DNA of 63,434 bases, counting the filler, from Choristocarpus tenellus KU-1152 (Eukaryota; Protista; Phaeophyceae): assembly GCA_964200185.2 (NCBI GenBank). It is 9 parts of 9 records of this genome, joined end to end, with 100 filler letters (N's around TTAATTAATTAA, not from the genome) between each part and the next. Parts side by side here need not be neighbours in the genome. Positions count along the whole stretch, not along the records: positions 1 to 19,053 come from CAXNAD020000495.1; positions 19,154 to 24,392 come from CAXNAD020011391.1; 7 more parts are not named here. One strand, 5' to 3'. A program made the translations under genes and the position numbers. Each line of letters opens with the position of its first letter. The first letter of the stretch is position 1. The notes below the pieces were generated by a model that saw only the letters and a list, made by a program, of their open reading frames with translations, did no database searches and was not told where the DNA came from. This document shows, piece after piece, positions 11,401-23,489 of the stretch.

Positions 11401-14400
11401 CCATATAGTTTAAAGTACAAACTAGGAAGGGCTTTTTTTTGCCTTTGTTATCTCTTCCAAAAACAGAATCTCTTGATGCACTTCACCTTCCTTATCGCCC
11501 CTCAATTGTATGTGCTACTACAGGTGTGCTTTATGGAAGGGACTTCATTTGTCAACATGACAAAGCGGCTTTACCCAAACATAATTGCAAAAGAGGTGAG
11601 TCTTTTCAAGAGAAGATATATGAGATAGCACCAAGGCAGTAGTCCTGCAAATTTCTAGAGAAAATCAAATCGAGGAGCTGCTGCCATGAACCATGACCCC
11701 AATTCCTTGAATTTACTTGTAGTGCCCAAATGGTTGCCTTGATCTTCACTTTCTCCTTCAGGACCTATCGCACTCAGTATTTATCCTTCTGATATTTTCT
11801 TATTTCATCACATTAGTCATTAGTCCAATAGATCCCGAACATGGTAATAGAAAAGAACAGAAAAGAACCAGCAGGTGAATAAAAAACATCTACCTCTGTT
11901 TGGCTTGATTAAACACCCTGGGATAATGAAGGTCTGGGAAGATAGGATATGTTTGTATACATATCATTAAGGTCTATTTACAATATAGTGGAAAACGAAT
12001 AAGTACATCCCAAGCTCTTGGTTCTTCCCCTCAGCCTGCAGGAACAACATTCCGTTGGCCACCAAAGATGCATCTACATGCACTTTCCGCCTATCCCCCT
12101 GCACCTTGTGTACTCCTACATGGTGCTATCGCCCAAGTGGTTCAGCATGCGCTTGTAATGTGCTTAGATGCTCTGCTAGACGTTGTTATGGGTCTCAGTA
12201 TCATGCTCTTTTGTATCTCTTCACCTTCTGGATAAAATCCTCAATATTGTCCGAGTGAAGGCACCCTGCCCTGATCTGCAGAGAGCAGAAGAATCTAGTG
12301 ACTGGGCAGGTTCCTTGAGCACGCATATTGAGAAGCCTCTAGCAGTGGCCCAATCACTCACTGCTTTCTCGGTAGATGCTCTATGTGACCTTGCATTGTC
12401 TTCCTAAAGGAAAATAATGTCCTGCTTTAACAGGCATGGGTAAGACACTAAAGCTGGCAAGACCTTTTCTGTGAGAATTTTACCATGAAGGTCGCCAGCC
12501 GTGTTCACAGTGTTCATCTCGATGGTACCTCTGCCGCGATTACAGGATAATTGTCTTGCTGCAACTCACTCTGTTCGTGGCCAAATGCCGATCTTCCCGT
12601 CCTGCCAAGTTCCATCCTCCAAAACATGGGGAGGCATGCGCTTGCAGCCAGAAACCTTACTTTTGGAATGTGTGACTTGCTTGTGACGTGAGGACACTTA
12701 ATTGGTGTCTCCCCAGGCCTGAAGTAAACCCTGTGCCGTTCGGAAACCAGGTCAAATCATTTTTCATTGTGGTGGGCACGGTCAAAGATGGGCTCAAACA
12801 CGTGTCCCATACTCTTTTTCAGGATGCTGCTCACGACAAAGATTAACCTATCCAATTCGTGTTGGTCGGAGAGGAAGGGCTTGGTGACTCTTAGGTATGA
12901 TTTGACCTCCGTCTCCTCGATTTACCTCATCTTCCCTAGGGTGACTTTGGACTTCGCGGCCCATCTCCTCTGACTGGTCCGTTCCAACACATGCACTGCT
13001 TCAATCGCATCAGTATCCTCTTGCTGAATGATTCTTTGTCGTCCATTGTTACCACAAGCTAAACTCATGCCCTCCCCGTTATCACAGTTCTGTGATGCCA
13101 CCTTCACCAACTGAGTCAACGTTGTTGTGGCCATTCCGTACTTCTGTGCAATTTGCGAATGGGTGCCTTGTTGGGCCCTGCCACAGGTCTGGCACAGCTG
13201 AAAGTACTCTCTGACCGCAGCTTGCCACTTTTACATGGAGATGTCTATTGCCTTTTTCATTGTGCAAGTATTGTGTTGAATGGTTCAGCTGATCTCAAGA
13301 ATTTGAAATTCTGGTTTGTTGCAATCACCCTTCTCAACAGGAAGGCAACCAAATGTAACAGTATGATTTCACGGTTTCAGGCTCAATTTTCACACCCTGC
13401 AACAAGGTGCTCTACCTTCACTGGCACTGTCCTCGAGAATGGCAAACCCTCAAATGTTGCTTAGGTGTTTCTTTGAAAAATCCTGTTTTGTCCACTAAGA
13501 TGTGTATCATCAAACAAAAAATTAGGACACTCAAGCCAGGAGCCGTGTGCCCAAACATAGAGCTTTAATCAAGCCAAACGGAGGGAGTGTAGATCATTAC
13601 GTCAAGGAAAGAGAAAAAATAGAATACATCCAGAAAATCAACGTAATAGGAGAAAAAAAATGAGATGCTGTTCAACAAAAGAGTTGTTGTGGTGTCGGTA
13701 ACTTGGGCGACCTTAGGTGCTGCTTTAGCATAGTGTATGTCTCTATCATAGCTTCCTTGGAATGGCAATCTACTATGGAGGTCATTGTGCCTGCGGCCTC
13801 ACACTCATGCCACTTCTGCTGATTGATGGCCTTTGAGCTCCTCTCTCAACCGGAGAATAAAATGAGCAAGCCCATCTCATTTCGGCACGTTTAATGTTGC
13901 AAGAACTACAAACATTATCATGGAATGAGGCTTGTTGATACTCTCCACTTCTCCAGTTGGAACAGATGCTGAAATGATCACCTTTCAAGCTAGGGCCAGA
14001 CTTTCAATGTCTAGGAGTTTGTGGCCCATGTGAAGGAAGGCAACAAGACTGGCTGCCCTGGGTTGGTAATATGAAAGTAGCTGAAGCGTGGAATCGAATA
14101 TTAGATGAAATCACCAATTGCTTTGCCAGTAACAAGCCTAGAGCAAGACTGGTTGGAATTCCTCTTTTTTACTATTAACTGTTCTCAACATTTAGCAATA
14201 GCAAGAATCATCCATGTACAATTGAGTACTACTGTTGCAATGCTATGCAGTAGTGTAGGATGGGCTACTTCGCTGGGGTATTTGTTGAACTTGAAATATA
14301 TACGGAACATTTCTTTACCGAAAGTAAGTTAGGGCAGAGAGGCGGACTTCAACGTTTTCGTGACGTGAATACGTACACTCCCTAACATTGAAAAATATCG

Positions 14401-15644
14401 CACCCAAGACTGGTCCTCAAGTCAGGTTCTATAAGCTTTCCAATATTGTTGTTTAGAAATCGAAAACACTCACCTACAGCGCCATTTTTCTCAAGCGATT
14501 GTGTGACTGACACCAAGGAGGCACTGCTCTTGCTGTCAGCATTCTTTTCAATACGCAACCGTGATCAGATTTTTGTTCTCGGGTTTTGTGGGTGTTCGGG
14601 TGTGAGATTGCTAATAGAGCAAAATGTCATCATTTGTTCAATGCCATTATAGAGTGCTGGAGTTCCCACCTGGAATGTTGAGATGATTTGCTCTGAAACA
14701 TCTAGTGCCCTGGTTGAGGAATGAAATGAAATCTTGGTTCCACTTTGATGGTAAGAGTTGAGAAAGCTTCTGAAGTAAAGTTTGAACCCACAAGAGTCGA
14801 CAGTCTTCAGGCCCTCTACATCATCTGTTGAAGTATGAATCCTGAGTGCTTGCACTGTGTGGTGAGTGTGTTATGTTGTCAACCCGTGTGCGACCTTGTA
14901 TGACTCGAGATGTTGAGGTAACACTTCAACAAGTGGTCACTAGCCACAAGAATTGCATTAGTGGTACAGTGATATCTCAATACGTTGGCATAAAGAATCA
15001 AAACACTGCCCATTTTGACACTTCTGTAGGCCCCATTCTCCGGTTTGGATACAGAAAAGAGTAAGAGAGAGTGAACGTATCTTGAAGGGTACAAATTTTT
15101 CCCTGTTTGTCCGTTTGGGGCTTGGCTTTCCACAGTTTTTTAATGACATTTTCCTATTCCGAAATGTTTCGGAGTAGGTAAAATGTGTATGTTATGAAAA
15201 GATGTGCCCGGAACAAGGATATTGACATCTCCTAACGAACGTGATAGATAAAATTACATCAAAATTGCAACTTTGGATTTTGGCCCCCAAATGGATGTGG
15301 CCCTACCCTCTAAGATACTTTGAATCAGAGTTTATGAAGGATACAGTCGTTGCTGTTTTTTTCTGGTGTATGTGTTTTTGTATACTGGCTGAGGGGATGT
15401 AAATATAGCCCAAGATTGTACAGTTAAACCACTGATAGTGCAACTGCCTCCATCATATCATCATCTGTTTCTTTCTCAGTCAAACTGTACCGCCGAGTAA
15501 ATCACCACCCATTGTATCTCCTGGGTGGCTGTCTCGTGGTGATGACAGGTGCCATTGGAGGAATTGTTTCCTTCACTGGATGAGGGCGTCTGTGATGTCC
15601 TTGCGGCTGGAAAGATTGAGTTTGATGAGTGGCTTCAAGATGAG
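1658..15644 (+). CDS. Ionotropic glutamate receptor-like (iGluR/GLR) ligand-gated ion channel, partial, multi-exon
   Basis: Phase-compatible GT-AG exons 1658-1819, 2644-2797, 3449-3549, 10642-10977, 11524-11595, 15549-15644. They splice to S1 (...GGFLLDILSAVALEGGFE/VIPI...DLVSIWYGDSASRR..LFPFWFMDISL), pre-M1/M1 (SFLTPFTLW/VWLSILIGTVLTAALVWLFEH), pore loop (IYHGASLFTQSG), M3 (GRLVSWSWSVVVLVVIATYSAELTSSL, the SYTANLAAF equivalent) and S2 (ITSIED..VCFMEGTS..LFPSLDEGVCDVLAAGKIEF). The 5' end and M4 were not found. Confidence 0.88.
3680..10360. mobile_element. Unclassified decayed multi-ORF insertion with degenerate terminal inverted similarity, in receptor intron 3
   Basis: Long stop-interrupted reading frames (+ ~4150-5190, 5400-6300, 6650-8900; - ~9280-9850). 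Imperfect inverted matches link 3682-3707 with 10326-10357 and 3762-3791 with 10281-10309. Confidence 0.45.
11890..13587 (-). mobile_element. Tc1/mariner transposon (plant-type DD39D-like) with Stowaway-type TIRs and a pseudogenised transposase
   Basis: 24-bp TIRs: 11890-11913 CTACCTCTGTTTGGCTTGATTAAA versus the reverse complement of 13564-13587, CTCCCTCCGTTTGGCTTGATTAAA (2 mismatches). The minus frame ~13260-12230 gives KPFLSDQH..HHNEK*F (DEKWF), SKSHIPKVRFLAA, DGKIGIWP, EKVLPA, EDNARSH (DNA.PH) and EPAQSLD (QPPNSPD), with stops and frameshifts. Confidence 0.88.
15067..15328. mobile_element. MITE, ~260 bp, of a family with CAAAGTATCTTAGAGGGTA termini
   Basis: The left end (GAACGTATCTTGAAGGGTA) and right end (TACCCTCTAAGATACTTTG) are inverted. 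Homologous ends occur at 18990-19053, 24350-24392, 46860-46935, 52369-52484 and 63372-63434. Confidence 0.75.
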
Positions 15645-16019
15645 GTGAGGGAGAGGAGTAAACAATGCAGCAGATATTTCCACTCTTAGTAATGCGTCTG
15701 TTTTGAATAGTATGAACACTGATTTCGTTTATGCTTCTGTTTGGTCGTGAATAATTTTTTTTAATAATTTTTTTTAATAATTTTTTTCAATTGATAGTAA
15801 GTATGCTGCTGCAAACTTAAATTAACACATAACATAGAAATGTCAACAATCAAATATATGGATTAGGTTGCAATCCGATTTATAGAATAGTAGGGATTTG
15901 ATTGAGGGTCTTTTTAACTAGTAAAACTTTCATACACACGTGGAGCCCCTTAATTCTTTTTTACTTCTATTATATAATCTGATACCCACATCCTACGTTC
16001 TACAATATTTGCAGGTAAG

Positions 16020-18370
16020 GTAAGACAGGACTGTTCATCGAAAGCTTGGCCCGGGATGGCTTGGCTCTCATGAGTAGATTTGGATATATTTGCACAGACA
16101 GAACAGACAAGTTAGGCTCACTGAAAAATGAGGGAGGCTATTTGGCAGAATATCTACATCATAGCCCGAGCAGTTGCATTCCTATATGCTCTCCCACTCG
16201 AACAACCCCCCTTTCCCCCTCCATGGCATGAAATAGAGGGGTAGTGGAGCAGACAACATGAGAGAAATACATGACACTATGATAGTCTTAGCTTATACTG
16301 CTAGTGGTAGAACTAATACCATTGCACAGAGCGGCTGATCTGCCCAAAATTGGTGGTATTCTTCAACCTCCAAACTGGAGCACTTCTTGATGCAGGTCTA
16401 TTTCTTGCCCTTGCCCCCAGCCTCACCTTCTTCACCTGCTTATTTTGTACACTTTTTTCTGTCCCTAGGAATACAATGAAGGGTGTAATGTTGAAGTGGT
16501 GGGGCAAACCTACAAGCGATGGGGAGGATCCTTTGTGGTGGCGCAGGTGCAAAAATACAAGTAGGATCTGTGTGGATTCAGGGAGGTGTTGATATATAGG
16601 ATAGAATCTTATTGTTGCTATTTGTATTTGTAGTGGTAGGAGTAGAGTAACAATCTCCACTTGCATTTGCTCTACAGAGGTTGGATTGGTACTTACAATG
16701 GCAACTTAGGTCAGGTTTTGAATTATAAACTGGTACGACTTGAATTGGGAATACGGTACTACAATATGAGATTTTTTTTGTGCAGGTGTTTGCACGTTGC
16801 TAATGTAACATCTATGCCCTCTTTTCCCTCTTTATTACTGTACAATAGTTAGTCTCCGTTGTCACCCAACACTGGTATGTTAAGAATCATCACTGTTTTT
16901 GTTGAATTGTTTGGAATATATGTATATATACACACACACACAAACAAATGTTAGTGAACTTTTATGAGAGAGTTGGGTATGTTTTAAGTATTTTGAGCTC
17001 TTTTTGGAAGAGTCTGTCTGTGCATAGATACATCTTTGATGATTAGTATCTTTCTGTCTGCTAAACCTTCAGGCTACCATGGTTTGAGTGATGCGGGTGT
17101 TTATTTCCATCCCTAGTGGCTAACAACGTTGAAACTCGGTATTTGTCGCAAATTAGGGATAAAGTTGTCTGATTATTACACGTGAAAGGTAAGATACAAT
17201 AATCCTGGCACAGAGCAGGCAATCCTTTCTACTTCTGCTAAGCGGAGTGACACTTTATTAATCGCTTAAGGACCTCCTTTCGGGGCCTGAGGCTTGATGA
17301 CGTGCTTTTCATATTTTCTTTAGTCACATGATCATTGCCACTTCTGAGTGAAATCTGCGAAGATAGCAGGATGGGTAAAATAGGTAGCTATGTTTGGTGT
17401 CGTGCCTACAACTCCTCAACAGTGAGGTAAAACATCTTTTTTTTTCCAAAAGAAAATCTTTGCTTTTCCCTCCATGATTTTTGTGCGTTTCAATACCATC
17501 AATAGTGAGCGTTTTTTCTTGGGAGGGTGGTAGGATGATAGTTACGGATACCCACTGTTTTGCATCTAGTGGTAGCTTCTATTTTCTTCATCTATTGCCA
17601 CTATGTAAATTGCACGTTTGGCATGGGGAATGGAAGAATTAGCCCCTCCTCTCTGTAACTCTATTGCTGTAGATTTCTTGCAGGAAGGTGATGCACACTA
17701 TTGAACAGCATCCCCAAAAATGCATCCCTGGCTGTGTCTCCTACCACTCAAACAGTATGTTTCCTTTACACTGGTCTGCAAAATGCGAAGATGCTTGCCA
17801 GGAACTAAACGATTAAGGTTACTGTTTTGTCCATGGAGTGTAATGCAGTAGATTCCCAACCCAAACGCCATGTGTACGTAGTTTGACTTAACGTTCTTTT
17901 CAGCTGTGTACGAAGAAGAGAGAAGCAGCTCAGGAATACCTTTCCCCCCATCCTCAACATGCTCACAATTCCGTTCATATTCACTGTTGATGGCAAGATT
18001 GTTGTGTAGATGAGAGGTGTGGTCAATATCACGTGTAGTATTGGCTCAATGTGAAGTACAGCCCTTGTTGTTCCACTCGTTGAAGGTAGTTTTTGACTAG
18101 TTTTCGAAATTTCATTATGTACCCCTCCTTTTTCAGTATTTTTGCATATGCCACCAGCATCCATTCTCCCTCCCCTCCAACAAATCCCATATTTTCTAAT
18201 GACTACTGGTGTATGCACACACATCTGCCTTGTTGGTCTCTTGCAGGACAGTGCCAAACTTTGCTCCAGTATAGTGTCTGAAAGTGTGGCCGCATTGATG
18301 ACTGGCATGCAAGAAAAGGACATTTTCTCCTCTATTTGGAAGGATCATCTGAAGACCTCATCGTAAGTAT
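16020..18370 (+). mobile_element. Very degraded RTE-like LINE fragments
   Basis: Residual motifs NVEVVGQTYK (~16487-16520), AGKVMH, a DLQKA-like stretch (~17770) and HICLVGLLQDSAKL (FVYLGG-like). Many stops. Confidence 0.4.
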
Positions 18371-19053
18371 TTGTTTGAGTAGTTGTGTGGGAGAAGGCGA
18401 TTCATTGGGAGATGAGAGAGAGTGATATGTATTGAGGTAACACTATTCAACTAGAGCAGAGAGTTGAAAACGTATCTGCTCTGTTGGAAAATGATATCTC
18501 ACTATTTGGCAATATCAGGGCGAGTTATGTATCCAGCATAATCTGTGGGTCACCACCCCATTATTTTTGTGCTCTTTCGAGAGGTCCCTCTCAATCTTTG
18601 TGATTCCCACCGAGCCCGTTCTCCCAAACCGTCTTGGTTAACTCAAAATTTCCGTCATGGTCCTTGAGGTGTTGGCTAGACAGTTGCGTATGTGGCCCCC
18701 CATAACGCGAGTGTGATCTTGCCCGTCCTCTTGACTTCTTGCACCCTCCCTGCAACCAATGCCCCAGCACTGGTCACCAGTGTAACTGTGTCCCTATCAT
18801 TCTTCAAGGTCTCATTAAGACCATACTTCTTGCATACAAAGCTCTCCAGCTCTAGGCATGCCTACCTTGGACCCTTGTGGGAAACAGATACACAGGTGAC
18901 TAGGGCTGGGGTATTGGTGACAGGGAGGGTACAAGAAATCATTAGAGGGGCAAGATTCACATATTCGGAGTGTTGGGGCCCATGAAGTGATTCAAAGTAT
19001 CTTAGAGGGTAGAGCCGCGTCCATTTGGGGGTCAAAATACAATGTTGTGATTT

Positions 19054-19153
19054 NNNNNNNNNNNNNNNNNNNNNNNNNNNNNNNNNNNNNNNNNNNNTTA
19101 ATTAATTAANNNNNNNNNNNNNNNNNNNNNNNNNNNNNNNNNNNNNNNNNNNN
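19054..19153. other. Artificial contig linker (N44-TTAATTAATTAA-N44); same linker at 24393, 28047, 33320, 37581, 45892, 52269 and 57702
   Basis: An identical 100-nt structure with stop codons in all six frames occurs eight times. Confidence 0.97.
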
Positions 19154-20476
19154 GGTCTTTTTTTCTTCTTCCCCCACCATCAGATTGAAAAAAAAAGATA
19201 AACAAGAGGGTGTATGTACGTAACTGGACGCGTTACACATCCTTTTGGTCCACAGTACCTTACATAAATATATACATAAATACGTACATAAATAAATATA
19301 AAATATCGTTCTTCTTCTGGCAGAAAATAGGTATATATATACCCTGCAACACACACGTCACAAACCCAAAGCGACGGACGCGCAAGAGTTGCCTCGGGGT
19401 CCCCTATTTCAAAAGTAGAGCAAACGGACGCCTCCGACGAAACTAAACAGGACAACGCTAGCACCGCCGTGTTATACAAATCCACAAAGCACCATATGCG
19501 AACAACACACAAAAGGAGCACTAACTAGCAAGTGTTGTCCTGGATAACACACACAAAAGAGCACTACCAAGTGTTGTCCTGGACAACAAGTGATACGGAC
19601 TGCATTGGCTCGAGCACTACCCAAACACACGTTAGAGAGGGCAAATGTCCTGGGGCACTACAGAACCGTTTGCTGGAAAACGGAGGTTATGAGCAAGTAC
19701 AACAGGCTCTCTTTAAATTTTATATTACTAATACATACAGTTGCTACTTTATCGCATTTTTTTGTTTACATTTTTTACGATACATCTATGGTAAGTGCAC
19801 TACAGCACTTTATTGCTACACTACACTATGGTCAGGGTTTACGAAGAACTAGACAGCAGTATCGTCACTGTCATAGAATACTATCTGGACAGTGGGGCAT
19901 GATAGGACAAACAGTACCCATCATGGTCACCTTGGTACCACTTCGGAATCATTTCGGGTTTTCAGTATCTCCACACTTGCCAATGGCCAGTTGTAGGTTT
20001 TCAAAGGTAGTGTTGTGGTATAGTCTCACCGTAAACATTTCCCATAACTGTAACTGTAACTGTAACTGTAACTACAGTTACTATACTGCAGTCATTACCA
20101 CTGTGAAGGGTCCCCAGAAGTACAAAAGAGCAATGATCCCAAGAGATTGAGGGGATAAAAAAAAAATGCATCTCTCTCGGGAAAAAAAAAGATTTTTTTT
20201 TTTTAAACTTGTACCTACTTGTACTCTTTCCCTTCCTAGAGAAGCAACAACAAAAAATAAAATAAAAAAATCTATGAGGTGGAGATGTTTGAAATTTACT
20301 TTATTTTTTAACTTGAAGTTTTGAAATTCGTTGATAAACACAAAACAACTACGCGACTACCATGCTGTGCAAAATATTTTATTTTTACTGATACCAAACT
20401 GGATACCTAAAAGTAAAAAGAACGTCTCCCGTGTTGTTAGCGCAGTTGTGAATGCACACGTATGTGCTTGGTTTAC

Positions 20477-23086
20477 CTGCCAGAATCCACGGGGGGGGGG
20501 ATGTCCAGAAGAAGGGAGAGCGCTCCATCTTCAACGCCCTGAATACGTCCATGGTGAAAAAAAAAATGGGGAACAAGAGAGACAAACGCAGTGTCATTAG
20601 CTGGCGGTAAACGTAACCACCTCAATGAGCTACAGGAGAAAAGCAGGGGTAGGTTAGGAGATAAGCTCTGAGCTCAAAACATGACAAGGAGTAGCAAAAT
20701 AAAGATATTCCACACGGGATGAGATGCGCTCTCCTTCCTCCACATTTTGTCCTGCAAGTTTTTCTAACCCCTAACCCTAACCCACCAGCAATAATGCCTG
20801 GCAATTATGCACACATAACAAAGAGTACTAGGGCTCCAAAATGTTACACTCCCTTCTATAGGATGGTCAACCAACTATCCACTGTGAACTCGTCATCCAC
20901 CTATGCATCCAAACATCCATCCATTAAATGTAGCCATTCAAACTAAAAAAATTCGATACAACAACCCGATAGGGGGCTCACTGCACATATGATGTAAAGT
21001 AATCAGGTACTGAAGAGTTCTCCATGCAAAATTTTCATCAAACAGGTGAAAAAAATAAACTCGATTATATTTGCAAAGTTCCCATGAACTGAATCATTAT
21101 CTTCTCAGACCCTGATACCAAACATACACCATCCATGTGGAGATCCCACAAGGAAAGCCAAGTGTCACCTATCTCAGTTACGTGGATGTGTAGCTCTCTG
21201 TTCCACCAACTCCCTCTTGTCGCCAAACAAACAAACATCTACATCCAACACTAAACTGAAGTACAAATGACAATGATCCAAATTACGTAGCACTTAACTT
21301 GTGGTATCACTTCTATCGAGACAATAATTGAGGAGTATTTTGTGTGACTGCTGGTGGTTGCATGAAAGGCCCATGTCCCTGGACCCAGCAACTACACACA
21401 CACACACACACATTCACATGTTGGTGGCAAGAGCAAACTCACACAGCCATACCCAATCTATTTACAACCCTCCAACTGCTTTCGTTTCATTCTCTAACTC
21501 TAACCCTAACCCAAACCCTAACCCTATACCACCACTTCCATCTCTAACAACCCCACCCACCTCAGAGACTTCATCAAGCGTCATTGATCCTGGCAAGAGT
21601 TGTGTACCCTGGAACAGGCGTTGCACAGAGTGTGGGGGACGACCTGGAAATCGCTTTTCTAGCTCCTCCATGAGACGAGACACTGTCCAGTCTGAACGTG
21701 CATGAACATCTCCTCGCTTGGAAAAAAAAAAATTAACGTTCATCAATGCATCCATTCATCCATCCATCCATCCATCCGTTAATCAATTACACAAGGGTGA
21801 AGTTGGAGGTACACAGAGAGCGCCCAGAATATAGTAATTGCCATGTGAGGAGTAGGGAAGAACACCAATGAGGTGGAAACCCCCCCCCGCAAGAGTCAAC
21901 ACAAGGAGAGCAGTAGAGGGTGGGATGGGGGGTGTTACACAATGCATCTTGTAGTGCTGTACATGCATTTTCGCAACTCAACAACAATACAAGGGCGGCC
22001 AAGAGGGGTTCACAAGAATGAGCAGGTACAAAGGACATGGGAAGGGCCCACAGAGTGGTAATGAAGAGGGAAGTCAAGAATTGGTGCCAACACAAATATA
22101 CTCAACATGAATAAGCAGGGACTTGTTGGTACCACCACACAGCTTTACGCAGTCCTTACCGTCCAAGAAATCCAAAGCAATCCTTCGGCCGAGATGAGAG
22201 TATATTGCTAATGAGAGTCTTATGCAGGTTGTGAACCTGTTGAGCAGAATTTTTATATTCATGCCTTTTGGTGGTCACCACTCACATGTATCAAAGTTGA
22301 AGGATTGGGTATCCACCAACGAACAGATGCGCTCTTGTAAAGAACTCAATTGGCGACATGACTCTATCGTGCTTAAGACCACAAAGGATTCATGCATCAA
22401 ATTCAGCAAACCATGTAAATGTGTAGCCCTATCATGGCAACGAATCTCTACAAGGCACTTCGAGTATTCATGTGATGCCATAGACATGCAAAGTGTACTG
22501 ATTGTGTATGTGTGTGTGTTGGTGCGTCAACACATTCTTTCACCCATCTCTGCCTCCTCTATTAGAATCACGAGTTGAGGCAAGGGAAGTAGTGCTAAAT
22601 TTGCAATGCCCACCCTGCCCGAGTTGACACAACGCAAATGAAGATGGAGAGTCTTCCTCCTGATGTGATAATGCTCACCACATCCACATAACTGCTGATC
22701 TTTGTGGTCGCCACCGAGACCTTGATATCACGAGCGTCATCTGCACCGACTCCACCATTGGCCCCACCACCCCGTAACCCCAAAACCCTCCCCAATAGCT
22801 GCCGGGACCGAAACTTATGTTCATCTCCCACTTTCACCTCACGACCTGCCACCTCGCAATAGCAAAACATACCTCCAGGTTTGAAATCATTGAATCTCCC
22901 ACTGCGCACTGTGTTATCATTCACCAATCGTGAGCGAGATACCCAGTTTCTCGCCGGCACCACGACATGCGTAGAGTCCCCATAGGATATTGTTGACCCT
23001 GTATACACTGCCCCGTTCGTTGCCTGGTTCAGGAGTACAACACCAAGACATGCGGCTATCATGTCACTCCTCACAGATACCGTCAT
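20477..23086 (-). CDS. Predicted signal-peptide protein with an LRGG motif followed by a ubiquitin-like domain, 5' part
   Basis: Phase-compatible GT-AG exons 23086-22679 (ATG; MTVSVRSDMIAACLGVVLLNQATNG...RVLGLRGGG...IKVSVATTKISSYVDV), 21716-21561 (RGDVHARSDWTVSRLMEELEKRFPGRPPHSVQRLFQGTQLLPGSMTLDEVSE) and 20538-20477 (GVEDGALSLLLDIPPPVDSG). WTV..L...P...QRL.F.G..L....TL is the ubiquitin-fold pattern, resembling HERP-type Ubl domains. Confidence 0.75.
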
Positions 23087-23489
23087 GAGCTTGGACAAAG
23101 CTAAGTCGTCTAGTTATAGTGTTCTCGCGAAGACGACGCGCACAAATCTTCAGAATTAGCAACAGGTCAAGTGGGAAGGGTACCGCTGCCGTTAAGTGTG
23201 GCACGTGTTGAGGGGAAATACAACAACGACGATAAAGCCAGCCTCCAAGCAATGGTCAACCAAGTGCTGTTCTACTGCCTTTAATTTGATGATACTCCTG
23301 CATCCCCTTCTCTTCTTCACTTCCTTATGTGAGAAAAGGGAATGGAAAGTACTACACTCTCGTAGGTTATGATAGAGGTCAAGGTCAACACATCCAAAAA
23401 ACTAAGTTTCCGTAATACCTTCGAGGCCTGAATATATTTTTGGAGTCCAATATAACTTTGGTGATCATAAACTCCACTACTTAAATGAA

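Noticed and set aside
17805-18323. 172-aa minus-strand ORF
   Set aside because: Lies antisense to a degraded LINE relic and has no recognisable motif.
18857-18895. Possible further receptor exon ACLPWTLVGNRYT
   Set aside because: Plausible splice sites and a C..LVG pattern, but too short to support, and the contig ends soon after.
19054-19153. Recurrent TTAATTAATTAA palindrome flanked by N runs (8 copies)
   Set aside because: Artificial six-frame-stop contig linker, not biological. ORFs running through it are artefacts.
20621-20629. Possible 9-nt micro-exon (LIE) in the ubiquitin-like gene
   Set aside because: Good acceptor but weak donor, and it is not needed for frame continuity.
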